From: Nostoc punctiforme PCC 73102
Lineage (GTDB): Bacteria > Cyanobacteriota > Cyanobacteriia > Cyanobacteriales > Nostocaceae
DNA: 32,000 nt
Reading direction: 5' to 3'
Assembly: GCF_000020025.1 (NCBI RefSeq)
Contig: NC_010628.1
Span: 2,100,001-2,132,000, forward strand
The notes beneath the pieces are model-generated. The model did no database searches. It saw only the letters and a program-made list of their open reading frames with translations, and was not told the DNA's origin. The position numbers and the translations under genes were made by a program. This document shows, piece after piece, positions 28,993-32,000 of the stretch (the stretch's first letter is position 1; the number at the start of each line of letters is the position of its first letter).

Positions 28993-30255
28993 TTAAATTA
29001 CGTCTTGTAAGACATTGCGGGTATTTTTCCAAGCCCAAACACCCACAAATACAACAACAACACTCATTCCTATAAGCACAATTCGCAAGCCCAGAGCATC
29101 AGTTAATGGGCCAGTAATTGCTAAAGGTAAAGCAAGAGCGATGTTAACAGCATGATTTTGAAAGCCAAATACTTTACCGTGCATGGTAGGTGGTGTTTGC
29201 TGTTGAATTAATGTTTGCATGGGTACGCCAATTAGGGCAGCACCTATACCCAAAAATCCACAGAGTGCTAGCGCCAGTAATAAGTTATGCGTAAAAGTGA
29301 ACACTCCTAAAACTAGTGCCATCATCAAAAATCCAATTAAGGGTAGGGGCTTGTGATGCAATTTATCACCCCAGTGACCTAAAATCGCTGCACCAGATAC
29401 CATACCCACTCCTGCTGCTGCTAAGAAAAAGCCAAACTGTTTTTCTTTTAAACCAAACTCTTCAGCTAATCGAATTGTCAGCACTGTTAACGCTGCAAAC
29501 ACACAATATAAAGTTGTCAGTTGCAGCATAGCGTTCAAGATTAAAGGGTTTTTCTTGAGATAGCGCAGGCTTTCAGTGAATTCAGCCCAAGGGTTATTTG
29601 ATGCCCGATGTTCCCTCGGTCGTTTGGGTTCTTTAAACTTAATCGGTTGCATAATTGCAGCCGACAATATGTATAATCCACCAACCACAAGCTCTTGACC
29701 GTATTCTTCTCCCATCCAGCTTTTTGCCAAACTCAAAATCGGCTCTCCGATGGCAAAGCCAACAATTAAAGCTCCCATCATTGTGCTGGTAAACAGCGCA
29801 TTGGCTGCTAACAAATTCTCTCGCTTCACCAACAGGGGAATGGCTGCTTGTTCAGCGGGTGCAAAAAACTGCGTCACCGTAGAGATGGCAAAAGTCAGGA
29901 TTAATAGAATCAGAAACTGTCTTGGTAACAAGGGAAGACACAGTGTTAATATTCCCCGCACAACATCTGAGCCAACCATAATTAGCTTTTTTGGCAAGCG
30001 GTCAACAAAGATACCACCAGCAGAGCCAAACAAAATTGCTGGTATTGTAAAGGACAGCATCAAAGTTGAGTACATAGAGTTCTGTGCCAAGCCAGGAAGC
30101 GGTGAATAGTTCTCCAGCAGAGCAATCATCAAAACAAAGAAAACCTTATCTGCTAACTGGGACACCAGTTGCCCAATCCACAGGAGCATAAAACCACGGT
30201 TTTTTAGCAGTGCGCCAAACCCGTTATTAACAGCAGCTGGTTCAGTTGGAAACAT
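28993..30255 (-). CDS. MFS transporter (MFS_3/EntS-like)
   Basis: 420 aa with about 12 hydrophobic helices. The N-terminus LLKNRGFMLLWIGQLVSQLADKVF is typical of this MFS subgroup. Confidence 0.85.
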   Translation of the reverse strand: MFPTEPAAVNNGFGALLKNRGFMLLWIGQLVSQLADKVFFVLMIALLENYSPLPGLAQNSMYSTLMLSFTIPAILFGSAGGIFVDRLPKKLIMVGSDVVRGILTLCLPLLPRQFLILLILTFAISTVTQFFAPAEQAAIPLLVKRENLLAANALFTSTMMGALIVGFAIGEPILSLAKSWMGEEYGQELVVGGLYILSAAIMQPIKFKEPKRPREHRASNNPWAEFTESLRYLKKNPLILNAMLQLTTLYCVFAALTVLTIRLAEEFGLKEKQFGFFLAAAGVGMVSGAAILGHWGDKLHHKPLPLIGFLMMALVLGVFTFTHNLLLALALCGFLGIGAALIGVPMQTLIQQQTPPTMHGKVFGFQNHAVNIALALPLAITGPLTDALGLRIVLIGMSVVVVFVGVWAWKNTRNVLQDVI

Positions 30256-30528
30256 TTAGATACTTTCTTTCTTGGGGTAGATGGGGCATGGAGGATGGGG
30301 CAAAACAGTTCCGTTAGCGGATAGCTATGGTTTAGCCCGTTTCGAGTTTTGAGTTCTGAGTAAATCTCAGTAAAGAAGTAAGATTCCCCACTCAGCACTC
30401 CTGAAGGACATTGGGTATGGGCTATGGGGTATGGGTATAGTTTTTCTTGACTGTCCCCTGTACGCTGTCACCTGTAACCTTTTCCCTTCCCCACTCCTAA
30501 CTCCTAACTCATAATTCTCTTGTCCGGA

Positions 30529-31149
30529 CTAATTTGCTTCATAGCGCTTTAACAGCATAAGCAAAAACTCAGCTGCTGTCAGATAACCTTTGGGTGGAGA
30601 AATTTCAATGGATGAATCTACCCACCAGCCTTGTACAGCTTGGGAAGTAGATTCAGAGCGGCTTTTCGTTAGACATCGCCACATAGACAAATGATCGACT
30701 GCTGGTTGTGCATAAAAGTTATTTTGCCCACAACCTAGCAAACGGGAACTCCAATGCGTGAAATAATCATGACTCATCCGATGAATAGGAAAATTACCCT
30801 GTAGTGGTACTCCCCATCCATCTATAGCAATAAAAGCTTTGACAGTACCACCCAAGAGTTGCCACAAATGCGCTGCCCCTATTGCCCCCACTACGCCAGC
30901 ACTAAAGCTAATGAATATAATTGGTGATTTTAAAGAGTCGGTCAAGCGAGCGCGCAAAAACTGCAAAATATGAAATGCTGATAAAACCAAAGCATCTTTA
31001 CCTGGATAAAGCAGTATATTTGCGTAATTAGGTGCGATCGCGCCATTAGAAACTAAATCTAACAATCCTACTCTAAAGCTTTCAGTTAACTCTGGTTCAT
31101 GAATTCCAGGGCAAATAATTATACTCATTTGTCTATTCTGATTGGGCAT
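30529..31149 (-). CDS. Conserved hypothetical protein, possibly alpha/beta-hydrolase fold
   Basis: 206 aa. IIICPGIH…, then the nucleophile-elbow-like FISFSAGVVGA, then …IAIDGWG. The function is unknown. Confidence 0.6.
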   Translation of the reverse strand: MPNQNRQMSIIICPGIHEPELTESFRVGLLDLVSNGAIAPNYANILLYPGKDALVLSAFHILQFLRARLTDSLKSPIIFISFSAGVVGAIGAAHLWQLLGGTVKAFIAIDGWGVPLQGNFPIHRMSHDYFTHWSSRLLGCGQNNFYAQPAVDHLSMWRCLTKSRSESTSQAVQGWWVDSSIEISPPKGYLTAAEFLLMLLKRYEAN

Positions 31150-31205
31150 TGAAAGATAATTCTACGGTTGGGTTAGGGTTTTTTGATGAAAATTCTAAAT
31201 CACAA

Positions 31206-31272
31206 AGACGCGATAAATCGCCGTCTCTACAATAATCAATCCTTCGTTTTGACGGCGATTTATCACGTCTCT
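31206..31272. repeat. Dispersed repeat pair in inverted orientation, same family as 13490-13515
   Basis: agacgcgataaatcgccgtctctaca (31206-31231) and its inverted near-copy gacggcgatttatcacgtctct (31251-31272). Confidence 0.8.
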
Positions 31273-31504
31273 TGGCTTAACCGAACTGTATAATTTTTCA
31301 TGCCACTTGCCCTGAGCGTCCCGCAGGGAAGGGATGCCCAATGCCCCACGTAAGTTTTGTATGTCTTTTGATGTATTATCTTGATTTACCCACCTATCCT
31401 ATCCCCCTGGATGGGATAATAAGTTACAAGTAAGGAAGGGACATGTGTAAGCTATTCCCTTATTTTATATTTCTCTGCACTCTGGTTATATTGAGGAACT
31501 AATT

Positions 31505-32000
31505 GTGGTTGCCACGCCGGAAAAAGTACAACACACCCACGAGCATCTATCAGGTAAAGACCGTGTAGCCGTACTGCTTATGGGCTACGGCGAAGTCGAA
31601 AGCTACGAAGATTTCGCCAACTATAACGAACAGGCTTTAAATCTACTGACAGCAAAATTCGCACCAGTACCAACCTGGATTTATCCGCCTCTGGCAAAGC
31701 TTTTGGCGCTATTTGACCGCCATGAGTGGGGACACACACACCACGATTTTATTTCCCCACACAATGCCATTTTTGAACAGCAGCGGGCTGGGATTGAGAA
31801 GAATTTACAAGAAAAATGGGGTGATAAGGTTCAAGTTTTCAAGGCTTTTAACTTCTGTGCCCCTTTCTTACCCAATCAAGTCTTGGCAGAAATCAAAAAC
31901 AAAGGCTTCGAGAAACTGCTAATCTACCCTTTGCTAGTTGTTGATTCTATCTTCACCAGTGGGATTGCGATCGAGCAAGTTAACAATGCTCTCGTTGAGT
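31505..32000 (+). CDS. Ferrochelatase-like (class II chelatase family) protein; 3' end outside the window
   Basis: Absent from the ORF track because it has no stop in the window. The frame is open from the stop at 31448 to nt 32000 and the first start is GTG 31505. DRVAVLLMGYGEVESYEDF…, EQQRAGIEKNL…VFKAFNFCAPFL… and KLLIYPLLVVDSIFTSG are colinear with the ferrochelatase N-terminal half. It differs from the canonical cyanobacterial HemH N-terminus. Confidence 0.6.
   Translation, partial: MVATPEKVQHTHEHLSGKDRVAVLLMGYGEVESYEDFANYNEQALNLLTAKFAPVPTWIYPPLAKLLALFDRHEWGHTHHDFISPHNAIFEQQRAGIEKNLQEKWGDKVQVFKAFNFCAPFLPNQVLAEIKNKGFEKLLIYPLLVVDSIFTSGIAIEQVNNALVE

Noticed and set aside
14154-30109. Other embedded ORFs opposite or out of frame with confident genes. 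Examples are 14154..14348, 14474..14716, 14999..15337, 15413..15595, 16800..17177, 17745..18008, 18898..19086, 19895..20185, 20279..20545, 24738..24971, 26069..26260, 27334..27571, 28604..28846, 29316..29531 and 29750..30109.
   Set aside because: Each lies entirely within a longer ORF that has clear family motifs. They are shadow ORFs.
31713-31922. The 69-aa ORF listed in the track.
   Set aside because: It is out of frame with the much better supported ferrochelatase-like reading frame that is open from 31505 to the window end.

Overview
The window looks like a chromosomal segment of a filamentous, Nostocales-type cyanobacterium. This is inferred from the many HIP1 (GCGATCGC) octamers, STRR-like heptamer repeats and small hairpin or MITE-like dispersed repeats typical of Nostoc/Anabaena. 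Most of it is ordinary housekeeping: moaA, rpsD, ilvB, a PBP4-type dacB, a PiT phosphate transporter, a Zn-dependent dehydrogenase, a GNAT acetyltransferase, an MFS transporter and a partial ferrochelatase-like gene. Three parts look accessory or decaying. (1) Positions 1-5.8 kb hold two tandem TpsA-like (filamentous-haemagglutinin N-terminal domain) exoprotein genes, the second split by a perfect 11-bp tandem duplication. (2) Positions 11.4-13.7 kb are a 2.3-kb AT-rich, repeat-laden stretch with no convincing gene. (3) Positions 19.7-23.2 kb hold a decayed efflux locus: a membrane-fusion-protein pseudogene with three lesions, one a perfect 8-bp tandem duplication, plus a C-terminal RND stub next to a degenerate ISKra4-like insertion sequence. 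Other oddities are a 779-aa protein fusing a coiled coil and 27-aa tandem repeats to a DMT/EamA permease, and an array of 11 x 21 bp upstream of the phosphate transporter. I found no convincing new multi-gene system such as defence, CRISPR, toxin-antitoxin or a RiPP cluster. All family assignments come from motif recognition by eye and no database search was run.
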